Source: Microthyrium microscopicum (taxonomy: Eukaryota). Taken from it: DNA of 64,000 bases. The stretch covers positions 1,375,530-1,439,529 of the forward strand of contig MU004238.1 in assembly GCA_010405405.1 (NCBI GenBank), read 5' to 3'. Positions 26,436-37,534 of the stretch are shown piece after piece. The position numbers and the translations under genes are program-made. The notes under the pieces are model-generated. The model searched no databases. It had not been told where the DNA came from and was given only the letters and a program-made list of their open reading frames with translations. The stretch's first letter is position 1. Each line of letters begins with the position of its first letter.

Positions 26436-27068
26436 CTATAGCGTGCGACGGGGGGTAGAGTAAATAATGTCTACGATTATGTCTCTACTATTTTATAGAA
26501 GGGTTCTCTCCACTGTATCCCCTAAGGAATTCATGCCAAATTTAGATATCATATTTAAGAGTTAACACCATTTTTGCAAAAAAACATGTCTAGATAATAT
26601 CAAGACTTTAGAAAAGATCTAAAAAAATTGCCTAATTAGGTAATTTTTTTGACTAAAGCTATTAAGTCTAGGTAGCTAGAAATACTTCACAATATAATCT
26701 TTTGTTAATTACGGTAATTTATTTTACGAATTAGGTTAGGCTCGTATTTTACTTATGAGCAAGATCTAGCAGTTAAAGTTCTACTAGTTTTACGAATACT
26801 AATTATGCAAATAAGCACTTTTAGGATATATAGACTACCTAAAGCTTCCTCTGCTTATTCTTACCTAAAATAACTTTTACTCCTTCCTTATCTCCTATTG
26901 TGATCCTTCCTAGCTACTAAGACACCTTCTAGCTAGACATCATTAAGAAATAATCTTAATCCGAGACATTATAGCCTCCTAAGCCACTATTTTGAACTTC
27001 ATGTTACCAAAATGTCTATCTTGAAACTACTCAACATCATTTGCTCTACCCCTCCTCCCACGCTATAG
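26436..27068. mobile_element. MITE (633 bp), RIP-mutated
   Basis: ~35-bp imperfect TIR CTATAGCGTG..GA.G.GGGGTAGAG(T/C)AAAT(A/G)ATGT. TA on both flanks and an AT-rich interior. Confidence 0.8.
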
Positions 27069-27251
27069 TAGCTATAGCGGGATGCATAAAGTCTTCTGGT
27101 CACTGAAGACTTTGAACGTATCGGACTATTGCGGCGTGATTATGTTTCGGTGGAAACCTTTGGAAAGGTTCATTGTTTTGTTTATAATGGGATATCTAGT
27201 AATGATACTACAGAAACTCATTCGCATCAATCTAACTTCAGGTCATTATCA

Positions 27252-28885
27252 TTATGACTTGGCATCGGGATTGAAAGCCTTTTGCCTCTGCCTTGAGTTC
27301 CAATTGAGTGTACGACTGATGCTGTCAATCCAATTCTCCGTATTCTGCTCAAGAGGAAGTACGGAAGGGAATGGAAACCTTGAAGCTGAGATGGTGACAT
27401 AATCGCCGGCACGGAGCTCGACCCTATACATTGTTAGATGCATCTTGGCTCGCAAGAAATAGGAGGGTAAATACCGTTCTTTTCCATCGAAACTAGCCCA
27501 AGCATTGGTCCTTGCATCATAAGGTACAGCGAGCCGCAGTACTATGCTGTCTGGTAGTATGATCGGGCGGAAGGAAAGCGTGTGGGCACATATAGCGGTC
27601 AAAAGAACAACAGGATTGTCAGGATGACAAAGTGATCCACCGGCCGCCAAATTGTACGCTGTAGAGCCTGTGGGCGTTGCAACACAGATACCATCAGCCT
27701 GGACGGTTGTGAAATGCTCATTGTCCCCAAAGACTTCAAGCGTAATCATGGCTGAAAGGCTTTAGTCAATGATAATCGTTTGTGCAAATGAAACTTACTG
27801 CCGTTTGGACCTCTGTCGACTACAACCTCATTCAAGATATGATGGTCTCGTTCTGGATTATGAGTAACCTGTTCAGCACCACTTCCGATAATTTCTTCGA
27901 TGACATCGTTTGCAACGCAATCTCCGTTGTCAACATGTCGCATGACAGTCGCTTCAAATCGTACCCGCAGATTCACATTGAAGCCTTGATCGAAGGTTTC
28001 TGTCAATATGTCTTGGTGGTTGGCAAAATCGAACTTGGTAAGAAAGCCAAGTGAACCCATCGCGAATGATAGCACAGGAGGAACAATCCGTTGAAACAGC
28101 CAGCTGGCGTACAACACTGTTCCATCGCCACCAAGAGCAATGACAACGTCAAATATTTGAGGCGCTTTGGCGCATAATTGGGTGTCCCAATACTTCAGGC
28201 GCCTTTCGTAACTCGGGTCTATCGCAAGTAGACTCTTTGCGTCAAACTCGGAATTGTCCTCCAAGGTATCCTCTACATATCTGTGAAAGAAATACCGCAT
28301 TAGCTCGATATCTGTAATTGAACTGTTGCTATACTTACACCCTATAATGCCTGTTTTTTGCGAGGAGCCATTCTGCAAGGGTTCGACTGAGTTGCACCAC
28401 TGTGGTGTCGTGTATCTTCCCAAGAATGAAGATGTTCTGGACCTTCAGTTTGAGCTTCATGTGAGACAATGTTTTTGATAGCTCCCGGATATTGAAAGCC
28501 ATGTCAGAAAGCTGCTTCTTGCTCAATAGACGAGACTGCGAATGTTCGGCATGGCTATGGAAATATTCCCCAGATTTATCACTCATTACAGTATCTTCTG
28601 GAATAGCAGAATGATGTATGAAGTGCTTTGGGCTAGAATCCGTCGGTTTGCGATGTCCATCAAGTAATTGATGCACAAAGCAGTCGGTGATCGTTTCGGT
28701 AGAGACTGCAACTGGAGTGTCCCATGTTGTTATGATAGATGACCTTCTTCGATGTATGGCTGCCTGCTCATCGTTAAAACTAACCTTGCACAGTGTTAGT
28801 CCTCGCTGGTGTAGTTGTAGATAAGTCTTTTTACCTCGAGGTCATGGTGAGAGCCAGTGTCTGAGCTATCTATTGCGGACTTCAT
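27252..28885 (-). CDS. UTR1: ATP-NAD kinase (Utr1/Yef1-like)
   Basis: LGGDGTVL, GSLGFL, LNEVVVDRG and ADG..ATPTGSTAY motifs; four introns. Confidence 0.9.
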
Positions 28886-29429
28886 GTTGTAAATAGACCT
28901 GGTCATTCACTTGGAGATTTGACAAACCTCGTGATATAAAAGCTCGTCTTCCACCATCTTGGCGACAGCGCCTTCTTAAATAACAACGACTTGGACACTT
29001 CTCATTCCAGAAATGTGGTTGCCAGGGAATGTGTGGTTCCTGTCATTCCTAGCTCTTGAATTTGTGATGTGTGTCTGAGTAAGCAGTACGTCAACGTACC
29101 ACTTTACCGATACTGTCCACAAGGAAAATCGTGTGTACACGAGATTCGTTTTCTTTTTCCAGAAGTCGTGATTGTCAAGTTGACTCAAGGAAAGATGTCA
29201 CAGATCGCTAATGACCTCAAGATGTTAATGTTAAAGCCGTGGTATACTGAACCAATCGGCTGGACTAACTACATCCAGCCGACAGTGCAGGGGTAGTTAG
29301 AGTAATTTAAAACCGATCTTATCTCATCGATCTATCAGATCGGATTTGAGTTGAGGGACTTAATCTTCGCTTGATTTCTAGAGTCTCTTCAAACTCTCTT
29401 ATCTCAGTAAAACATTCTATTTCGTCAAC

Positions 29430-30092
29430 ATGTCGAAACCATTGGAGAAGCTTCCTGAGATTTCGTCTCTACCGACTTTGCCTCGTGAGACACATGAGGC
29501 CATAATATCTCTTCTGTTTGAGCCATCACCTCCTTTGAACACTTTAGCTACTCCATCACTAGCAAATACCACCTATGGTTCCTATGAAGCATTGGTTGAT
29601 GCCGTTCATGGTATTTTGAAGTCTACTTTTGACAAAGAAGACTTCAGCACGTTAGATTCTATTCTTTCTGCACATCCTCGCTTAGGCGAAAAGAAGGTTG
29701 AAAGCGCTTTAAGTAAGGCTGAACAAGCGGCAATGATCAAAGCTAGCTCTGGCCAAGGTAGCGGGGACGCAGAAAAAGAGGCGGAGATCCTGCAGGCACT
29801 GAATAAGGAGTATGAAGAGACATTCCCGAGTCTGGTATATACGTAAGTTCGAGGTGGTCTATAATCTGATCTGGGCATCCTAGAACTGATCAATACAGCG
29901 TCTTTGTCAATGGACGGCCAAGATCTGTCATTTTTGAAGATATGAAAGAGAGAATCAAACGGCGCGATATCAACGCAGAGAGAGGCGATGCTATACAGGT
30001 ATGTTCCAGTTCATCAATTCATTGTGATAATATCTGACAGACCGTAGGCTATGTGTGACATTGCAAATGATAGAGCAAACAAGCTTCAGTAA
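29430..30092 (+). CDS. OHCU decarboxylase (urate catabolism)
   Basis: AHPRLG, LSKAEQA, LNKEYEETFP, VFVNGR and AMCDIA.DRA motifs; two introns. Confidence 0.85.
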
Positions 30093-30191
30093 AACATGGT
30101 ATCTTGCAGAAATCAAACGCTGTTCAATATGTCTTCCTCCAATCCTTAACCTCAGATAGTTGCGTTACCTCTCAGTACAATCATCAATTCG

Positions 30192-31064
30192 TTATGCAGC
30201 CGAACCAACTGGCTCTGGTGGAGTCCATGTACGATCGGGAGGTTTTGGCGGTTCATCATACCAGTCAGATGGCAGCACCGAAAAGGGGTCGTCATAGTCG
30301 TCATCTTCATTGGGGGATGTTAAAACAGGATCTAGGAAGTTAAAATCGCTGTAGACCTCGTCCTCCTCGTCCTCTTCGTAGAGTTGCGGTATGCGAATAC
30401 TTCCGATAGGATCTTCATCATGGTTGTTTGTTGAGTAGCCTCTCCAATCATCCAAGGCTTCGTAGTCTGAAAGACCTAGTGGACTTGGTATTGTAAATCC
30501 GGCAACACCAGGCTCATGTATTATCGCTCCAATGAGTAGTCCCTCATCCTCAACATCTTCAAGAGGCCCGTCTCCTTCGCGCAGTCTATCATTTGATTGG
30601 CTCTCATCCTTCCATAGCCTCTGTTCAAAAGACGTCGCGTTAGGACTGGAGCCAAATCCTGTTCGGTTTCGGTGCGCTCGATTCAATATGGCAGCCCTGC
30701 GAAGCGACCGGCCATGAAGATTTCTGGCCTTGGCCCAGACTGCAATGCGCGAACGTCCATGATCAGCAATGTAGGACGCAGGGTTACTGAACGGGCGCGA
30801 TAGAGGAGATGTGATGAGATAGAGCCGCAGCCTCCGCTTCTTAGTGCTTGGAAGAATAGGATCATCAGCAGAAAGAAATGTTGTTGGTCGAGCCCGTTTG
30901 CGTGTTTTCAATGGCCGCAGAGAAACTCGTGATGTATTGTCCCAGGTATCTTCTCCGAATGATAAAGTGTTAGAAGCCACTGGTAAATTCTGCTTCATGG
31001 TTGAGACAGGAAAACAGAATGTAAATTGCTGATTTGCTTTGGAGGTTATCCACTCAAATGCCAT
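30192..31064 (-). CDS. Uncharacterised fungal protein (basic KKRRLR segment, acidic C-terminus)
   Basis: Long ORF containing KKRRLRLYLITSPLSRPFSNPASYI and PSPLGLSDYEALD. Start is 31064 or 30998. Confidence 0.7.
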   Translation of the reverse strand: MAFEWITSKANQQFTFCFPVSTMKQNLPVASNTLSFGEDTWDNTSRVSLRPLKTRKRARPTTFLSADDPILPSTKKRRLRLYLITSPLSRPFSNPASYIADHGRSRIAVWAKARNLHGRSLRRAAILNRAHRNRTGFGSSPNATSFEQRLWKDESQSNDRLREGDGPLEDVEDEGLLIGAIIHEPGVAGFTIPSPLGLSDYEALDDWRGYSTNNHDEDPIGSIRIPQLYEEDEEDEVYSDFNFLDPVLTSPNEDDDYDDPFSVLPSDWYDEPPKPPDRTWTPPEPVGSAA

Positions 31065-34000
31065 GCCAAATGCGCCACTGATGTCCTGGATAGATGATCG
31101 GTTTACGACTTCATGGTTGATCAATTCAAGAAACGACCAGCAATGCTCCAGGAAAGTGACGAAAGATAAATCTGCCCAGAGCACGTAAATGGCCTGGTTA
31201 AACTTCGTAGAGGTTATGCGCCCAACAGACGGAATGGCCCGGATTCGGCTTTTTACTCCGCATCAAAGTGTATGCTGTAAAGGCTTGTAGTGTCTGAAAG
31301 ACGGTAAGTCTTGCAGAGAACCGTAGAAGCCTGGCCAGGTAGTTGGAAAACCAACACCGCCCGACTCGAATCAAGAAAACGATGTAAGGGAAATATTCGA
31401 TCACGCGACGGTGTGATGCCCTTCTATTGTCTTTGTCCGCGCTTGATGGCCGTATTGGGGATACCCTTTTTGGAGAAGAGCCAATGACTCTAGTAGGCGC
31501 AGGTATGATTTGTCGAAAGGATGTGTAATTTTTACTCGATTTTTTTCGTGTGACAACTTTAGAGACAACCTTCGTGCAATCCCGGGATGAGACAAAATTA
31601 GAAATTGATGGAGGGATGGATGATATATGAAGGCCGAATTTCGCTATAAAAACAAAAACTGTTTGCCTCGCAATGATGATCGTAGGAATTGCTCTGGAGA
31701 CCAGAAGAGAGACGTCGTCTGCCACTCGGCGTTATTCGATTTGACGAGGATCAGCAAAAAAAGTTGTTCAAGACTCAGGTTCCCCTTGTTTCCGAGGATG
31801 CTTTCTTGCAGCTCAGGTGGTCCAATAATAAGGAGTTGGTAAGAAGAAAAGTTTTGGAAAATGTAACTGTCAAAAGTGGACGCTTTTGCCCCCTGTTATC
31901 CCATCATGGTTTAGGAGGCGCATACTCTAGAGGAGAGTGCCCAGTGCCGTCCCAAGCGATCATATATGGCGTTCCAAGCCCGTTTGTTAGCCTGTCAAGC
32001 CCAATTTGTGCACCAAATGCACGCTAAATATGGCGTACGTGAAATTGAAATTTAGTGTGCATCGCTGCTCGTTAAGACCAACACTCTGGAAATTGCGCCG
32101 CCCTGTGTTGCCCGATCATCTCGACATAAATGAACATTAACCGCCCACCTGGCCATCGGCCACTGGCCGGCGTTCCTTGAAATAACGGTTGAGTTGGATG
32201 GTATAAGAAGCTAGGGGCTCTCCTTTATTGCACACAGTTTGCGAGAAAAATTCATGTCCGAGATGTAAGACGTCAAAAGCGGCATGCTAGCTCAGCGGAC
32301 AGCGGTGAGGCTCAGGTCAACTGTTACTGTAGAGTAGAGTACTGCTGGAGACGTTTACTCCGCAAACTTGATTTTACTGCCTGGCCATGCGCATCGTACT
32401 GTACGCTGCCACGTACCATTGTCCTACTCTATTTCCGGTGTCACCTTGAAAGGTAAGCAATCGTGTACTGTAGATACGATTACTACTGATCTTCTTGTTC
32501 AATTCTTTATTCTTGAAATCAAACAAGTGGATAACCAGATAAATATTGGTTACACTTTACAGTTGAGCAAGCGAGCAAACCTTACTTCTCTTACTATTAT
32601 AAAAAGTGGATTGGATTTGGTAAATCGTGGTAAAAGATGGCAACTGTCAGCCCCTTTACCAAGATTACCTCAGAACAAACCGCAGCAGAGATGGTCTTTT
32701 TTGAGTATCATTTCGTTGGTATTGCTAGGTGGACGATCATTTGCTAGACATTGTATATTCTGGTCGTATAGTACAAGTTTGTATGATCAAATTCCTAAAT
32801 GTTACAATGTTCCAATATAATATTCCATGGGTGATAGGCGGATTAATCCCTATTTGAGAAAAGGCCCAATTCCTCATCATGCAGAAGATACCCCAGCTTT
32901 CCATAGCTGCGGAAACTGCGGAGAAGCGAGAACTAAATTGGGATTGGCTGCAGACTGCAGCAAGCCAGCAACTGCAGCTCTGTGCTCTCAACTTTCAAGC
33001 CACTTCCTAATTTGGCTGGCTGGTAGACTAGGTTCTATGCAGGCATTCACTTGCATTGTGGGGGCCTGCGTATTGTAGAATTGAGGTTCATCCTAGTTAA
33101 TTTGAGCAGTTACCATGGCGGATATAAATCACCACTTGAGTATCATTTGACCCAACACCTCTTGTCTTCCTCTTCGCTACTTTCTTTAAACTGCCAGGAC
33201 GACCAGAATGCTTTACTCGTGCATAAGCGACCTGAATTACTCTAGACCTGACAATCTCGTTTACCCCTGCCTCACTTGAATGGATTCAAACAATTCTTTT
33301 TTAAAAGCGCAACGTTTCTCCAAGAAATTCTCGGTTGAATTTGGGTGAATGAAATTTGCTGGACCATCACTATATATTCAATCCGCTGGCAATGATTTTT
33401 CAACAGTAAAATGAAGGTCGAAGCCCAACAAATAAGTGCTCTCGTAGAACATACTTCAGAGTCTCAGCCTAACCGGAAATGGATAGCCAAAACCCTGCCA
33501 CAAGGGATTAGTAACTAGCGTTCCGGTTAGCCTTGAGAGCTCACTGTAAAACAGTTGACCGTTCGGTGGTTCAATCCGCTGCTAAATCGGAACTACAAAA
33601 AGCCTTCATAGGGCTTTTTATAGGCGCATTTCTACTTTGGATAGTAGAAATGCGCTGAATTTTTTTTTCCAAAGACTCTTCATCCATAATTCTTGGAGTT
33701 GGCAAATGGGATGGTCTTGGACGGCTTTGGCGAGTTTTATACCTTTCAAGTGCTCGTCTCAAGTTCTTTTCCTTCCATACTATTGTTTGAGAGAATGCTC
33801 AAATGAAGGAATCGGCTTATTTTTCCCAAACAGAGAGGAGGCATAGATATCACCAGGGATACGACGTTGAACATTACTTTGCAAGATTTTGATTTAGCTC
33901 ATAGATGTAGATCTTAAAGTTATTCCCCTAGTCTTGGAAAGTTGGAAACAGGTAGTTACTCAAATGTTAACACGTATTCGCACTCGAGAGAGAAGTTGCT

Positions 34001-34683
34001 TCGTCGATTTCTTCACTATAGGATGAGGTGAAGTTGGGCCTGAGTAGCTAAAAACGTGCCAGACTGAATCCCGTTGATCCCAGCCTCCACGAGGGAAATT
34101 ATGGGTATGGAAGTTACAGCCTAAGCGCCTCAACTCTAACTTCACTTCAAAGGATTTCAACACGATGTTATCTTGTTTGCCCCAATCCATCCCAAAATAG
34201 CCGCCTTGAGGTTGATGGTCAACTTCAATAAACGACAAAACTTTGCACATCGTCACGGCTCATCACGTGTCAAAAGCGGTGGCGTGCTAAGGTTAGGAAT
34301 AGGAACTGTTCGTCAGATGTTGGTCGGATCCGGTTCAGCTTTTTTCCAGTACTCGAACAATTGCTTCCGTTGACTTCTCCAGCATTCCTTCAGCTCCAAA
34401 TCGGCTGTTTGAAGGCTCCCATGCAAACGTCACTGAGTGGCGCGAACTGCAAGGTTGAAGTTACTATCCCTTGTCTTATCAAGATTTCACTTCCTTTGGC
34501 GACTACATCCCTTCCATTCCTATTGACCGTTGGACCACACGTTCTTATATATCGCAGTTGTAGGAGTACCCAAAAGAGCTTGGAAAGGAAAATCGCTTCA
34601 AAACAAAGGGGTTTACATAACTATTCTCGTCCTCAACAACATTACCACACGTCCACTTTGCGCCTTGCTCAATCATAAGCAAC

Positions 34684-35754
34684 ATGCGCTTCCGGATACG
34701 GGCTCCTTCGGGCACTCACACCGTCACACTTGACGATAATTCCACAGTCAACGATCTATGCTTAAAAATCACCGAATTGACAAATCTCATTGAGTACGAT
34801 GTCAAAGGCGGCTTTCCGCCACAGCCTCTGGTCCTAGCCGAACTTCCCTCAGACACCAAGCTCGCCGACACTGGCTACAAATTCAATGGCGAACAACTCA
34901 TCATCGCCTCCAAAGAAGAGCCCGGCGTCACGCAAGCAAAAGCCACCGCCAGCCACTCAGCCAGCATGACAAACGTACCCCCTTCATCCACTGAGCAAAA
35001 TTCCTCTCAACAAAAACAATCCTTCGCCGGCAAACAATCCTCCACATCATCTTCATCAACCACAAACGCAAACCTCCCTTCCTTATCACGCAAACCCAAC
35101 GATGTCGAATCTGACCCCCCAACCTATGAAATCCCCACCCGCGGCGGCCGCATGGTCCTCCGCGTAATGCCGGACGACAACAGCTGTCTCTTCCGCGCAC
35201 TCTCCACAGTCCTCCTAGGTCCCTCTTTGGATGGCATGACCGAACTGCGCTCCATCGTCGCACAAGTCATTGCCTCAGACCCAGAAACCTACAGCGAAGC
35301 CGTCCTCCAGCGCGCACCCGACAAGTACGCTGAGTGGATCCAGCGGCCGGAAAGCTGGGGCGGGTACGTCGACATCAAGTGTATCGCCGAGTATCTAGGC
35401 ACGGAAGTGGTGGGCGTAGACGTTAAGAGCGGGCTGATAACGCGGTATGGCGAAGGGGCAGCGATGCGTGCGTTTGTGGTATATTCAGGGATACATTACG
35501 ATGCGTTGGCGTTTGTGCCGGATGGATGTACGGCGGAGGAGACGGAATTTGATACGAAGCAGTTTCCAGTGGATGATGAGGCATATCTGGAGGCTGCAAA
35601 AGGGATTGCGGGTATGTTGAAGGAGAGGAACTATTTTACGGACACGGCGGGTATGTCAATCCGGTGTGGGGTTTGTGGGTGGACGGGTAATGGGGAGAAG
35701 GCGGCGACGAAGCATGCGGAGAGTACCGGGCATATGGACTTCCAGGAGGGATGA
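34684..35754 (+). CDS. OTU1: OTU-family deubiquitinase Otu1/YOD1
   Basis: UBX-like N-terminus (GFPP), MPDDNSCLF, WGG, YSGIHYD and a C-terminal C2H2 finger. Confidence 0.93.
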   Translation: MRFRIRAPSGTHTVTLDDNSTVNDLCLKITELTNLIEYDVKGGFPPQPLVLAELPSDTKLADTGYKFNGEQLIIASKEEPGVTQAKATASHSASMTNVPPSSTEQNSSQQKQSFAGKQSSTSSSSTTNANLPSLSRKPNDVESDPPTYEIPTRGGRMVLRVMPDDNSCLFRALSTVLLGPSLDGMTELRSIVAQVIASDPETYSEAVLQRAPDKYAEWIQRPESWGGYVDIKCIAEYLGTEVVGVDVKSGLITRYGEGAAMRAFVVYSGIHYDALAFVPDGCTAEETEFDTKQFPVDDEAYLEAAKGIAGMLKERNYFTDTAGMSIRCGVCGWTGNGEKAATKHAESTGHMDFQEG

Positions 35755-35923
35755 GTGTTCATTCAGGGGGATTTAGAGTTGAACCTTCGCTGTACATATT
35801 TTAGCCAAGTTATATTCGATCGTCTATCTACGTCTGGTGTTCAATCTACCAATCCTTTTTATATCACTATTCGTTTCTCATAAGGTATATTGACACAGTC
35901 CAAGCAAAGAATGAGGCAGCAGC

Positions 35924-37534
35924 CTAGGATTTGACTAGCAAGCTGGTGCTATCCATAGCATCTGGTTGAGGTAGGCCCATTGCGTCTAGTATAGTTGGAG
36001 CAACATCACCAAGAACACCACCTGAGGTTTTCAAGCTCCAACCCTTGGGAGCATTGAGCATGACAAACGGCACTTTGTTGGTTGTGTGACTTGTCTTTGG
36101 TTTTCCCTCGTCGTTGAGCATCTCCTCGGCATTTCTGAACCTAGTTAGTCTTTGATGTTCACTGTGGTTCGTTGTCACTCACCCGTGATCGGCTGTAATA
36201 AACAGCATATATCCATTCTTGTAACATGTCTCATAAATTTTTCCGATAGCCAAGTCGGTCTCGGCACATGCCTCAATAGCAGCTTCGTAGACACCAGTGT
36301 GCCCAACCATATCCGGAGGCGCAAAGTTGTTCATCAAAAACTCGAACTTGCCCTCTTGGATTCGCTCGCACAGCTTGTCAGCGACAGCCATGGCGCTCAT
36401 CTTTGGCTGAAGATCATAGGTTGCTACTTTTGGGCTTTGAACGAGCTCGCGCTCTTCGCCCTCAAATTGCTTTTCTACACCACCGTTGAAGAAGAAAGTA
36501 ACGTGGGCATATTTCTCGGTCTCAGCAACGTGGAGCTGCTTTACGCCTTGTTTTCCGAGCCACTCAGCAAGTACATCGTCCATGACTTGCGGTGGAAAGG
36601 CGATTGGAAAGGTATATTGTGTGTTGTAGCGAGTCATAGTGGTGATGGAAATATCCTTGGGGTATGGGAAGTCTGGCAGGCCGGAACGGTCAAAGTCTCC
36701 AAGAAGCTGGGTGACTTCCCGAACACGATCGGAGCGGTAGTTGAAGAAGAAGAGAGTGTCGCTGTCTTGGACTCGTCGATCTTTTCCGCCAATGATAATG
36801 GGCTTCAAGAACTCGTCATTCTCCTTCTTCTCGTAGCGCTCCTTGATGGTCTTGACTGGATCATCCGAGTCCTCACCCTCACCAAGAACGATACCTTTTA
36901 GACCCACTTCGACACGCTCCCAGCGCTTGTCACGGTCCATAATATAGTAGCGACCGACGATGGTCGCCATCTCGCCAGTACCAACCTCCTTGATGTGCTT
37001 GAGGAGATCTTCGAGGTAGCCGGCGGCGGACTTGGGGTCGGTATCTCGACCATCGCCGAAAAAGTGGATGAACACATGCGGTACACCCATTTGCTTTGCG
37101 ACTTTGAGCAACGCAACCAAGTGAAGGATATGTGAGTGCACGCCACCATCTGATACAAGACCCAGCAAGTGTAATCGACCATTACCATCGATGGCATGCT
37201 GAAAAGACTTCTTGATATTCACAGTATCCTTGAATGTATCCTTCTTGATAGTGCTATCAATTCGAACCACATCTTGCCAGACTACACGACCAGCGCCAAT
37301 GTTCAAATGTCCGACCTCACTATTGCCCATCAAGCCCTCGGGAAGACCGACTGCTTCGGAAGAGGCTTCGATCTCAGTATATCCTTGGGCGGCTGTTGAT
37401 TCCTTGGACTTGTAGTCGTCCATGTAGGGAGTATTGGCGGCGGCAATGGCATCACCATCTTTGGGAGAAGATTCGCTGGCAATGCCCCAGCCGTCAATGA
37501 CGATAAGGACGGCCTTTTGGTCGACTTTGACCAT
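35924..37534 (-). CDS. gpmI: 2,3-bisphosphoglycerate-independent phosphoglycerate mutase
   Basis: IDGWG, MGNSEVGH, SDGGVHSH, DGRDT, ETEKYAHVTFFFNGG, DMVGHTG and TADHG|NAE motifs; one intron. Confidence 0.95.

Noticed and set aside
31100..34650. Telomerase RNA, snRNA, RNase P/MRP or SRP RNA in the gene-free interval
   Set aside because: No TAACCCTAA template or diagnostic conserved motifs recognised.
36152..36901. 249-aa plus-strand ORF
   Set aside because: Antisense shadow of codon-biased gpmI.
35924..37534. Bacterial-type iPGM as possible recent horizontal transfer
   Set aside because: It has a spliceosomal intron and host-like codon use, and iPGM is established in filamentous ascomycetes.
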